Below are positions 33,532 through 45,170 of a DNA stretch of 64,000 nucleotides, piece after piece. The stretch is from positions 15,624,001 through 15,688,000 of the forward strand of contig CM106586.1 in assembly GCA_048013815.1 (NCBI GenBank). Direction: 5' to 3'. The notes under the pieces are model-generated. The model saw nothing but the letters and a program-made list of their open reading frames with translations. It had not been told where the DNA came from and did not search any database. The position numbers and the translations under genes are program-made. How positions within the stretch are numbered: the stretch's first letter is position 1; each line of letters opens with the position of its first letter. This DNA is from Setoptus koraiensis (taxonomy: Eukaryota; Animalia; Arthropoda).

Positions 33532-35510
33532 GAGGTTATTTACAATAGCGGTTAACTTGTAGTGCTGATATAATCCTGGCACCACAAAATTCAATCAACT
33601 AACAACATGCAACATATTGGCCGGCTAAGTTGTGTTGAAATGTTTTTCTTTCACATCAACATAACACACATAGTATATATTCTTCAGAGGTATTTCATCT
33701 ATTGATTTGGCTCTAGTATTAAGTAAGATCTCAAATATATAATAATGAGATTGGCGATGTTATTGTTAGCTATCCCTCATGTTTCCCCATTCTCAATTGT
33801 ATTGTATTGAGATTGATACAATTTGTAGTGCAATACACATCTACATGTATGTGACAAGTGCAACAAGGAAGACAATAGATCTCATGCATTCATATATTTG
33901 ATTTTGATTGAGATTATTTCTTGAAATCTCGAATCAAATTTAAAATTTCTTTCAATTGAACAGTTGAAACCCTTTACATGGTGCAACAGCATACTACTCT
34001 ACCACTATCAGATATACAATACACATTTATAAATATACACAATACACATTTATACATAAACAAGCAACCCCCTGGATATTTATGTAATTATACGACACAC
34101 AGAACAATAAATGTTATGTAATGATTCTAATTGAATCACAAAACAATTTTATATCTATATTAATGTACACATTTCGAACAACAACAGCAACGACAACAAA
34201 AGCAGCAGCACTAATAACAACATCAACGTTATTATTATAAATTATTATTATATACCCACACAATGTAATGTATTATGTAAGACGAAATCGTCGCTTGAGT
34301 GACTAATCGATACTAATGTCGAATCGATTGGACGAGGTCAAGGTGGACGATTTCGTCAGTGTCAGCGAATCATCACTATGGTCACAGGTCGTCATCAATT
34401 CTTTTACTTTTATAATATAAAAAATTGATGAATCTATCCTTTCTAACAATGATAGCAACAAGAAAAAAAAAATGAAGGTTGTTCATTCAGCTCATCGGTC
34501 ATTTGTCTTTTTGTTCAATCAAAGAGCTATATCAGTGACCCGTTGTTTATCATGTGTGGTGATTGACCAACAAGATTATTGTCATTATTATTAATACATT
34601 TCAACTACCTGTCATCATTGATTTCATTAGCAATCTAACACCCTTACCATGTCAAGTCTTTTATTGACCGAAGTCCCAATTAGATTAATCTACAAGCTGC
34701 TATAACCAACACCAACACCAACGTAACAATGTCAATCAAAACAATTGCCCTCCTTAATCGGGTTGAGAATACCATTTACAGTAAACAAGCACGTCGATAA
34801 ATCCGTCTATGGTCTTTTTAAAATCTTCATGCAAACACACTCACACACCGAGATGCGCATACATTTTACCATACACAAAAACACAATGGAACCTTTAATG
34901 AGTTAATTAAACCCAATTGTAATCAAATCAAGATAATTGTGACTTAATAAAACTTAAAACAATTATAAACTTAATGTAATGATTGGTAGCGCGAAAGGTC
35001 AAGTGGACCATTTTTGGCATCCGGCGACGCGCTGGCTGTCAATTCCTCAATCGATAATTCCTCAGTCGATTTAGACATTATATCTAGTTGTTTTGTTGTT
35101 GATTTTTTTTTTCATTTTACATTTGTCATATCTTTGTAGCATGACACGAACAACAAAACAAACAAACAACACTCCATATGTTCCGAATATGGTCGCACAA
35201 CGTATTCGGGCCCTATCGATACTCGTTGGTCAAGCATGATCCTGTTCGAGACAACAGTTGAATCTTGACCCGGGCGCTGATAAGTGATTCTGTTATTTTT
35301 TTTCCTTCAGATAGACCTATGTCTATTTTTTTCTCGACAAGCGCGACAAGCTAGACGATATGCACAGTACGAATTCGCAGATTGAATATCTGTCAATTCA
35401 TTAGGCTCTATGATGGGCTGATTACTTAAAATAATGATCTGATAAAATTGAAGTATCCAACTGACCTTTTTGTTACATATTCCCTGTCTTTCGCTATTAT
35501 TATTATTCAG

Positions 35511-35703
35511 GCACAAGCCATACCTAATTCAGCAACTATTAAACTATTTGGCCAAAATAGAGTATCATTTAGTCCTATTGTCACTATTGAGCCGCGTCGT
35601 AGGAAGTTCCATTGCCCCATACAGATTAAGATTCCATTGCCACCAAGCGGAGGAGGGCTGAATGCCGACGGCACCGGACTGCGACTTCTTTGCAGCATCA
35701 CAG
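35511..35703 (+). CDS. Ank2: Ankyrin exon: ZU5-B
   Basis: [37 protein letters not shown]...[14 protein letters not shown] phase-0 acceptor and G/GTGAGT donor. Confidence 0.93.
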
Positions 35704-35827
35704 GTGAGTGTGACACAAATGATGATGACACAATAACAATATAAAATAACCTATTTGTTACATGTGTGACTAATTTGTCAAATTTGTATGTTTTGCATCG
35801 ATTGTGTTTGTTACAAATGTGCAACAG

Positions 35828-37255
35828 GTGGAACAAACAAGGCGCAATGGGAGGATGTGACCGGTTCGACCCCGTTAGCCATAGTGGAGGATTGTTTGTT
35901 ATTTACAACAACAGTTTCGGCCCGTTTCTGGCTGGTGGACTGCCATTCTAATCAGGCGAGCGTGGACTCGACAAAGTACGCAACGGAATTGTACGAGCAT
36001 ATCATTCGGGTGCCATATATGGCAAAATTTGTAATATTTGCCAAACGACGCGACATAAACGAGGCCAATGTTCGCGTTTTTTGTATGACGGACGACAGAG
36101 AGGACAAGACACTTGAGTCACAGGAACATTTTACCGAGGTGGCCAAATCGCGCGACGTCGAAGTGTTAGACGGTCAACCGTTATATTTGGAGTTTGCGGG
36201 CAACTTGTGGCCCACAATATTGATCAAGTCCAATTTGGCCAACACCGATCAGTTGGGCTTGCGCTTCACGCCATTCCGCGAGAATCGTCTTGCGTTTGTG
36301 GTGCGCATCCGGGACATCGGCCAGGATCCTATTGGGCGGGTGGCCTTCATGGAGGAGTCGCTGCGACAAGTGGCCCTGCTACAGCGGCAATTCGGTCAGC
36401 AGCGCTACAAGAGCAAGGCAATTTGCAATTTGAACATATTACTGCCGGGAATGTGTGTCAGTCACGACGAGATATTGGGCACCCCAAAGCGAAATTCGCA
36501 CTTGGCCATGGCAAAAATAGGCGATCTGACACTGGCGGACATAGCCAACGAACTGGACGACGCCGACGACAGTTTGACCGGGCCGCACGACGCCCACGAC
36601 ATTCTGGAATGGGTAGAGCTGGCGCCCAAATTGGGCATACCCCGCGACGAGGTAGAATTTATACAGTCTAGCTACGAGCACAACACGCTGAGCCAAAGCG
36701 CCAATAGGAACATAACGCCCGCGCTGATAATGCTGATGCACTGGTACAGGTTATCGTCGCCCATGACCCGCAACCAGGATCTGGGCCGGGCCTTGTTGTC
36801 TATTGGGCGCAACGATATTGCGCGCAAGTTGAATTTTTTCATTGAGCCGCGCAAGATAACGCGTAGCACAATGGAGTTGTTGCGCGAAATAGAGCTCATA
36901 CCCGTCAAGTCGTCGGACAATTTGTACGGGGTGCACCAGCATGCGGACGGCAGCGGAACAGCGGACGGCGGCGCCGGCGGCGGACTGGCCTATACCACGG
37001 GCAAGCTGGACCGGAATCTCAACATACGCTCGAGCAGTCGCTCCAGCGACGGCCAGCTGAGGTCGCGCACCAAGTCAGAGGGCGGCTACAAGTCGTCGTC
37101 GTCGTCGTCGGCGCACGCCACGCCCATCACTAAGCGGATCAGCAACGCCAGCCTGAATCGGGAGCCGGCAGAGCGGGGGGGCCAGCACGACACGGAGAGC
37201 ATAGCGGCCCACATGGGCCAGCCCGGGGGAATGGAGGCGCGCGTGAACACAAAAG
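35828..37255 (+). CDS. Ank2: Ankyrin exon: end of ZU5-B, UPA domain, death domain and start of the C-terminal tail
   Basis: GGTNKAQWEDVTGSTPL...FTTTVSARFWLVDC...VPYMAKFVIFAKR...VFCMTDDREDKTLESQEHFTEVAKSRDVEVL...FRENRL; death-domain-like EWVELAPKLGI...LMHW...LGRALLSIGRNDI. AACAG acceptor and G/GTGAGT donor. Confidence 0.93.
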
Positions 37256-38342
37256 GTGAGTAGTGACAGTTGCACTTGTGCATGCGTGACTTATGGTTCT
37301 TGTTGCGAGCTTGTTACGTACGTCTAACAATTATGTGCATCGGACTTGACAGACCCCCGCTAACTGACTAACTAACTCAGCAGCGCAATGTTGTTGTTGT
37401 TGCCAGTGAGTGAGAGCAGTGATTTGTTGCCGGCGTCAGCTGACGCGCTGTCAATAATAACGCGCGCGCACTTGCATAACAGTAATTGAGTGAGAGCCGC
37501 TGCTCGTGGCTGGCCGTCGATGCGCCGTTATAATCCGGTTTGCGCGCGGATTAGATGCAATGTACATAATGACAGCGGCGCCAGTACGCGTTTGTGCACG
37601 CGCTGCGCACCGGAACTCGCCCCGTTCGCTGGTGGGCGCCGATCGGAAACGGACCGGCGAGCTGGCTGGCACCGGCTCGCCGCTTGTTAGCTCGGCGCCG
37701 CCAGCCAGTAATGAGCTCGTGAGGCGACGGCCAAGCCGGCGGCGCCGGTGCCGAGGTAACTCTACACTGGCCACCGTTATACAACTAGCGAGCGTTATAT
37801 AACCAACCGTTACGTAACTGTTATATAAGTTATATAAGTTATATAAGTGAGCGTTGTGTAACTGTTATATGACTACTATGAGCAGCAACTGTATTGGCTG
37901 TGTATTGGCGGCGAGAGTGGCTCCTTTAATTGAGGTCAGCGTCGACGCTGGCGCAATTGTTGGTAGTGGCGCGTTGCGAGCGATTCTCTAATAATGGCAA
38001 CACACTCACTCAATACATACACTTGTGTACAAACACACACACACACGCACAACATAACAACGACTACTACTACTACTACCACCACTAACAATAGCGCCCA
38101 ATAGCGAGCGATGTGAAACAACTGCGAGCGAACACTAAACGCTAAACACTAAACACTAAACGCGCTAGACAACAGCCCAAAATGCTGAATAATAATGAGA
38201 CGAAGCAACAACAGTCTCGACAATATTGACTAACACCGCCGTTGCTGACACAAACTGACTTTGTCGTAGCTACCACCGAATAACAACAACAACAACTCAC
38301 AACGACAACAACTCACAACGACAACAACAACGCACGTCAAAC

Positions 38343-38373
<31 letters not shown>

Positions 38374-38418
38374 ACGCACAACAACATTTCATAACTATCA
38401 CCATCACACCACCATTAG

Positions 38419-39198
38419 GTCTCGTTGGCTCACTGAAGAACAAGCGACAATCAGTCGGTTCGATCGAGGCCAAACAACAGCCACAACAGGATGATTATCG
38501 TCAGTATTCGCCAGAGTCGGCCAGCGATCGCTGCTCGCCCGCAACGCCCAAAATAAAAGTCAGCGCCATCGCAAGCAGCAACGGGCACGCCGCCAGCAAG
38601 AGGTCCTCTGTGCAGAGCACCGATCTCGACGACGATAACGATTTGAGCAGCCACGCCGGCCGCAGCCGCGATAATTACAGCAATCACGACAATCGCGACA
38701 ACCTCAGAAATCGCGACAATCGCAACAGTTCACATCGGAACGACACCATGAGCCAAGCCGAGCGGGCCAAACAAGCGCCGTGTGGCGAGTTGCCAGCACG
38801 AATGGACGCGGACGACGACGCGGACGACACCGACTATCCGGAGGAGCAACAGTACAGCGTAATAGACGATTCGGCGGATTCCATCATCGTGCCGGGCTGC
38901 CAGTCGCGATCGTCCATTTGCACAACAACAAACCAGGCCAGACAGCAGCAGCAGCAGCAAGACAGCGGCGCAAACAGTGAAATATTGAGGGACAAAAACA
39001 CCAGAGAACTTGTGACGCAATTGTCAAACAGGTTGGCCGCAACCATCCAATCGGAGGCCTTATGTGATTATTTGAGAGAGGCGCACAACGTGCTGGGTTA
39101 CGTGCCCAAATCGTGTTCGGCCGACAACAACAAAGCCAAGAGTGAAAGTGATTCGAAGCAGCAAGACGACAGTCGTAGCTATGACATTAGTAGTCACG
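38419..39198 (+). CDS. Ank2: Ankyrin C-terminal tail exon, 780 nt, phase 1-1
   Basis: CATTAG acceptor, open frame extending the track ORF 38610-39209 upstream (GLVGSLKNKRQSVGSIEAK...), and CACG/GTGAGT donor. Confidence 0.75.
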
Positions 39199-39452
39199 GT
39201 GAGTCGTAGTCAGTAATTAAATTAGCTAGCTCGTGTGTGTGTGTGTGCGTGTCGGCATGCCATTCTGATGCTACTCCGATCATTAGCATGAGTATGAGTA
39301 TTAGTAGCAATTAGTATTAACACATTAGTATTAGCCACCTAGTCACACATTAGATCAGTTATGTAAGACGCAGCACGACATTTCAACAACAACATCGCAC
39401 ATTTGTACACACAAACAATACAACTATGATATATATATATACAACAATGAAG

Positions 39453-39865
39453 GTGCCCCCGACCGACCCGACCGACCCGACCGACCCGACCGACCCGACC
39501 GACCCGACCGACCCGACCGACCCGACCGGCACGACCGACACGACCGACCAGACCGACCCGAACGACCCGACCGACGCGAGCGCCACTATGACAGCTACAG
39601 CGACACGCAGCCAACAACAACCGCAAACGACTTGCCGTCGCAGTATCGTCAGTTGCCGCACAGCTCGGCGGACAGATTTGTCAAGAGGCGCCGTCGTCAG
39701 GCCCGCAGCGTGACGCCCGTTAAAATAGACGACGAAAACAGTCGCATCATCGACGTCGAGCTAGACGAACCGACCACTCTGGACAACATTCTGGACGAGG
39801 CCAGGAGATACACGAAACACACGGGAGTTATCGTGACGCCACTAGACAACGACGATCTGGACTGA
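39453..39865 (+). CDS. Ank2: Candidate alternative terminal ankyrin exon with a (DRP)n repeat
   Basis: AATGAAG acceptor in phase 1. Reads GAP(DRP)7-DRH-DRH-DRP-DRP-ERP-DRR-ERH-YDSYS... and continues in frame into track ORF 39632-39865, ending DNDDLD-stop. Confidence 0.55.
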
Positions 39866-40037
39866 TTAACCAATTCATCACGCGCCCAATTAATTACAAA
39901 TTAATTAATAACTGTTATTATTGATTATCATTATCACATGCGCAATATTGTATAGCGATTATATAAGTAGTGGTAGTAGTGTGGCTCTGTCTAAATATGC
40001 CAATATGCCGCTAAATCGATATGTCGATATCCTCACC

Positions 40038-40156
40038 TATCGATGCGCTGAACTATCGATGTGCTAGTGTATCGATGTGCTGACCTATCGATGTGCTAGT
40101 GTATCGATGTGCTAGTGTATCGATGTGCTGTCGTATCGATGCGCTGATGTATCGAT
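40038..40156. repeat. 16-bp tandem array with 8 TATCGAT cores (TATCGATGTGCTAGTG consensus)
   Basis: Cores at 40038, 40054, 40070, 40086, 40102, 40118, 40134 and 40150. Confidence 0.95.
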
Positions 40157-40634
40157 TTACCGTAGTATGTTGCTTGTTATGTCTGTTTGTTCGGTGAATC
40201 AATTAAACTATACACCCTCGATTGTACCCTCACACATTATTACGTCATGTACCTTATACATTGTATACATTGTTAGTGTCTCGCCGGATCTCTAGCTGTT
40301 ATTGCGACTTTTTCCAGCTCTGTTATGAGTCTGTCCAGTGAGGCGACTCTGGCTTACATTGTCAATTGGTCAAACGTCAGTCCACTACGTGAAATGCAGT
40401 GAACTGACGTGAGTGACCGTGATTTTTCGAAATTCATCATTCATCGTATCGTTTGAAATGTTGAGCCGTTTAGCAGTCGACAAGGGGTTGTCACGTAAGC
40501 GAGCTCATGGCTGCATCGAGCACACAAAACGGTACAACAGAAATATCTGAAATATTATCTTGGAACTTGGAATTGACTAGCAACTGACCTTCTCAACTGA
40601 TCTTTCCCTTTTGCCCCAATGCTTTCTTCTCCAG

Positions 40635-40742
40635 AATGGGTCCAGGAGGACGGCCAAGGAGTGTACCATTTCGTTGAGCAAACTGCCACCCTCGAATCGA
40701 AGCCAAAGCATCGAGCCAAGAACTCGCGATTGAAATCATCAG
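40635..40742 (+). CDS. Ank2: Candidate 108-nt symmetric ankyrin cassette exon (EWVQEDGQGVYHFVEQTATLESKPKHRAKNSRLKSS)
   Basis: Long polypyrimidine tract ending TTCTTCTCCAG, an open 36-codon frame, CAG/GTGAGT donor, and phase 1-1 like its neighbours. Confidence 0.65.
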
Positions 40743-42888
40743 GTGAGTAAGCCGGCTACAATCGGCCCCAATTGCATGCCCCACACTTGAGGAGAACCTT
40801 GGAAAAATGCATGCTCGAGAATCCGCACCCAAGTGCCACTATTCGAATTGAGTCGACTATTATTGTCTCAATCGGTCCGCAAAGCGGCCCCTGTCGCCAT
40901 ATTGATATCAAGCAACTGGTATCAGTGGTCGCATGATACCGATATGGCGATCGCAGACAGCGAGAATAACAGCATCCGAGTTGAATTGGGGCGCGAGCTC
41001 GAGTGTCTCGTATTCGCTGCATTTGCATTTGCCTTTGTTCCTTTGGCTCCTTCGTGTCATTATTATTATCACTGTATCATTGTTATCATTTAGTCCGTTA
41101 GTCTAATTATCATTTTCCGTGTTTTTGACGCTCTGTTCAATGATGCCACTGGCCATAATTGACATGCCATGATGCAATTATCATTGCGTGGGCCGTGGCA
41201 CCGTTAACACTGTATTCTGATTTGTATCTATATAACAATATATACATACCACATATAAAAATAGGCCGAGAGGCCAGTCGATGATGATGTCGAGTTGATG
41301 CTGGTGACAATCGACAAAAGGATCTCTTGGCCGATGGCAGCATAATAATGATGTTATAAGAAATAAAAGCGATAATAAGAAGCGATAACACACAAACATC
41401 CGATTGAGCCGGCCGATAACAAAATAATATTTGCAAATAAATAACCAGAATAATAACAGATAATATTGTCAGATGATATTCAGATGATATGATTGTATAA
41501 CGTATTAGTTGTAGCCGTTTAGTTGTAGCTCGAAAATTGAATTGGTTAGGATTGAATTAAAATCACAATTGAGAACAATTGAGAAAAAAGAAATTAAAAA
41601 AACAAAAAATGATAAAAACTTGATGATAAGAACAATAATACCTGCATGCCACCGCCACCACAACCACCAATTATGCCTGCGCACTAGTGACACACACACA
41701 CACACACACCTGACCTGTATTACCTGTATTCGAGGAACCGCCAACACAGCAATATTACATAACTATTATTATTATTACTATTATTATACTACCACTATTA
41801 TAATTATTATCATTATTATAATCATACTTAACTATTATAATTGCCATCACTGCTATTATCACAGTATAGTTGTTAGTCGGGACTACGCAAAGTTATGATC
41901 TTTAGTTATTATTATTATTATCACTATCGCCTGCTACAACGACTCACTGTGAACAACCTAATTAACTAGTTACTTATCATAACAATCTGGCCAGACTGTT
42001 TGGCCAGATATTGTTGTTATCTGTGAGAGTTTTCGCGCCATGTGCAAGCACGAACAAACAAACAATCTATCTAGTTAGCGGCATGTGTAATACAGTTTTT
42101 TGTTGCGACAGCAAACACCTCTATCTAATACAGATTATAACTATATATAATTTAAGCTACTTAGAAACTACACTGAGAAATAAACATTGTCTACTTTAAA
42201 GCCCGCCTCTTGTTGTGTCCATTCTCTGCGCTCTGATCAACTGATTGGATGAGCCCCGTGTGGGGGCCTCATTGATACTCGCTCGTCTCGTCGCTACCAC
42301 TCAACTCGGTGCTGTGACAGGTGCCAAATTATCGGATGACTACAGTTGAGGCGCTATAATTAGAGTGGCGTCGTCAATAATTGATAATACCAACAGACAG
42401 TTCCCCAATAGACGCATCCCCAATTGACAGCAACTAACAATATCCAGCACGGGACTAACTCTCTCTCTCACTCTTTCTCTCTATTTGAACGCAATTCTTT
42501 TCCGTTTGTCATCGTGTTGAATGTCGACCAAAATAAACGGCGCTTCGACCAAAACCAACGGCGTTCCGACAAAAATAAACGGCTTTGCGACAAAAACACG
42601 AAATGTCACTCGCAAACAAACTAACAAACTACGAATCGACGGACTGTCGCTATATACGCTGGTCACTCGCTCCAAATATATCCATTGCTGCTCACTATAC
42701 GCTTGGCTAAACGTCTGTCTGTGTGTTAAAATGGCGCCGTCATCATCATCATCATGTATCACGTTCGCTTGTTGTTTCATGACACGGCATGATTATAACA
42801 AAACGTCGCGTTGAAACACGCGTTAAAACACGTTTCGCGTTACATAACTATACACTACTGCAAAATGCATCCATATAACGACCGCCAG

Positions 42889-44115
42889 ATCTCATTGATA
42901 AGCTAGACGAGATAGTTGAGTTAGGTAACGACAGTGATAGCTTGAGTGGTGCCAATAAGGTGAGCCGCTCGCCCGAACAAAGTGATACTATTGACGCCAG
43001 GCAAAAGTCTACAATTGACGCCAGACGAAAGTCTACAATTGACAGTCAGCAAACAACAAATATCTGTGCTGCCGGCGGCGGCGAGCTGTCGCGTAATTGC
43101 ATTGATATCGATATGTTGCAAGTGGCCTCAAATGAAGAATTATCTATTTGTGCGTCCAGTGAGAATATGTTGGAGGCGGCGCCACTGTCTACCACTGCCA
43201 GCAGTGTTTGTGAGGACCTTGAACGTGACCGGCCGCGCCATCCAACGGGCAACTACTTGGCCAGCAGCACCGACAACAACTGCGCTTCTGGCCGTGACCT
43301 AGATTCGCCGCGCACACTGACAACAGCAGCAACAGCAACAACAACAACAACAACAATGACGACAACAACGCAAGCAACAACAACGCAAGCAACAACAACG
43401 CAAGCAACAACAACACAAGCGGTGCCAGACGGGGCCCCAGTTGCGACAGCAACATCAGCAGTGGCAGCGGCACCAAAAACAGCCACACCGACACCGTCAG
43501 AAGTGGATAGTCTGGCCGAGTCGCTGGTGGCCGAGTCGCTGGTGGTGGGCGTAGGTTGTGCCGTTGTTGCGGCACAGATTGTTGAAGATGAACTCAATTC
43601 GGATATAGCTGGCAGACAGTCGGCGCAGACGACACAAAACGACGGGCCCCAGTCTGCTCAGTGTAGCCAGCGCGGCCCCAAGAAACAAGCCGGCCAATTG
43701 GCAGCAGCAGCAGCAGGTGACGCGCCGCCGCTGGTAAAAGGGCGCCAGTGGAGCGAGCGCATCTCGAATGACCTTGATACTGCCAATAATAAGCTAGAGT
43801 TACATAACAATTCAGACAACGATGAGCGCAATTCTGACGACGACCAGCACGAGCAGCCTTTAAATGGCGCTGACCTAGATTCGTTGAATGGTAATGGTGC
43901 CAGCGCCGAGGTTGGCGCTGCTGCAGTGGCATGCGCATTAACCGCCAACCAAAAAGCAAGGTCACACGGCCCAATTGGCGGCATGGGCCCCATTGGGCCC
44001 AGCGTGTCACAGCGCACGCTCAGCAGCCAGCGGGGGCCCCAAAAGGAGAGCGAGCTAGTTGTTGAGTCAGCTTGCCAAATGCGGGCCAGCGCGTCGCCAG
44101 TTGTTGTGCAGTCTG
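42889..44115 (+). CDS. Ank2: Ankyrin C-terminal tail exon, 1,227 nt, phase 1-1, T/A/S-rich
   Basis: CGCCAG acceptor (an alternative TTAG at 42924 is in the same phase) extends track ORF 42942-44123 upstream. TCTG/GTAAGT donor. Confidence 0.7.
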
Positions 44116-44603
44116 GTAAGTAGAACGATGACCCTGAGGCGCGCGCGTTGCGAGCGCGTTGTCGCTAGGCGCTTCTTGAAGCTTCTCGACGCGGGCAATT
44201 CTTTCGTTGTGTAGCCTTTCGTTGTGTAGCCTGGCGCTCATTAGTTTGTTTGCACCGTTACCCTCGCCACGTTATTTTGCCGTTATTCTTTGCCAGTCTC
44301 GCCATTCGCTGTTCGCCATTTGAACACGATTTGCGATTTGCATTATTTGTTGTGTGCCGAGTGTGAATGTTTGAGTGCGCGATATGCATGCAATACGATG
44401 GGCGCACCCCATTAAAATTCGAGCGAAGCCAACGTTAAAATTGAGCAGCCAACGTTGAAATTGAGCGGCCAACGTTAAGTTCGAGCAGCCGACGTAGACA
44501 ACGAGGGCGCCCGCTATCAAAAGAGCCATTCTCTCATTATTATCGTTTCATTTGTTGTTCATTTCATGTCAACCACAACCACAACCGACCGCCACCGCGA
44601 CAG

Positions 44604-45123
44604 CAACCGACATCCGGCCAACATCGGACAAGCGCGACGGGCCCGCTGATTCCGACGCGGCCCCATTAAGTAGAGCGATATCAACTGACTCAATAGAGGA
44701 CGACAGCCGACAAGCAACAGCCAGCGATGAATTCAATTGGGGCCCGCAGTCAGCAGACGAGAATGGCGCCCACGGCAGCGCCGATTCGCTTGTGAACGGC
44801 TCGTCCGGCGCGCAACAGCAGCAGCAACAACAACAACAGCAACAACAACAGCAGCAACAGCAGCCGACACAAAGGGAAACGCGAAACAGTCTGCCCATTG
44901 ATCTGGGCCAAAGCGACATACAAAACATACAAAGTGCTGCGAGCGACATTAGCATCTCAACAGCCAGTCTCAACAGTGAACACAGCAGCACAGCCGACAA
45001 CAACAACCGATCGAGCAGAACAGGTGATTGCAGAAGCCAGAGGCTCAATCAAGACCATTCAAGCAGAAAACGTCACTCGATTGCGTCACACGCCGACGAC
45101 AACAACACAACAGCAGCAGCAGC

Positions 45124-45170
<47 letters not shown>

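Noticed and set aside
35296-35420. Strong-looking acceptor TTTTTTTTCCTTCAG at 35310 as an extra ankyrin exon
   Set aside because: All three frames reach a stop within about 75 nt and no good donor follows. It could be a non-coding 5' exon of an internal transcript, but that is unsupported.
39426-39713. (PTD)n mucin- or antifreeze-like ORF
   Set aside because: Its ATG lies in an AT microsatellite. The alternative DRP frame matches the splice phase and continues to a sensible terminal ORF.
40038-40156. CRISPR-like appearance of the 16-bp array (also the 24-bp array at 2960-3090)
   Set aside because: The units are contiguous with no unique spacers of repeat-like length, there are no cas genes, and the context is eukaryotic.
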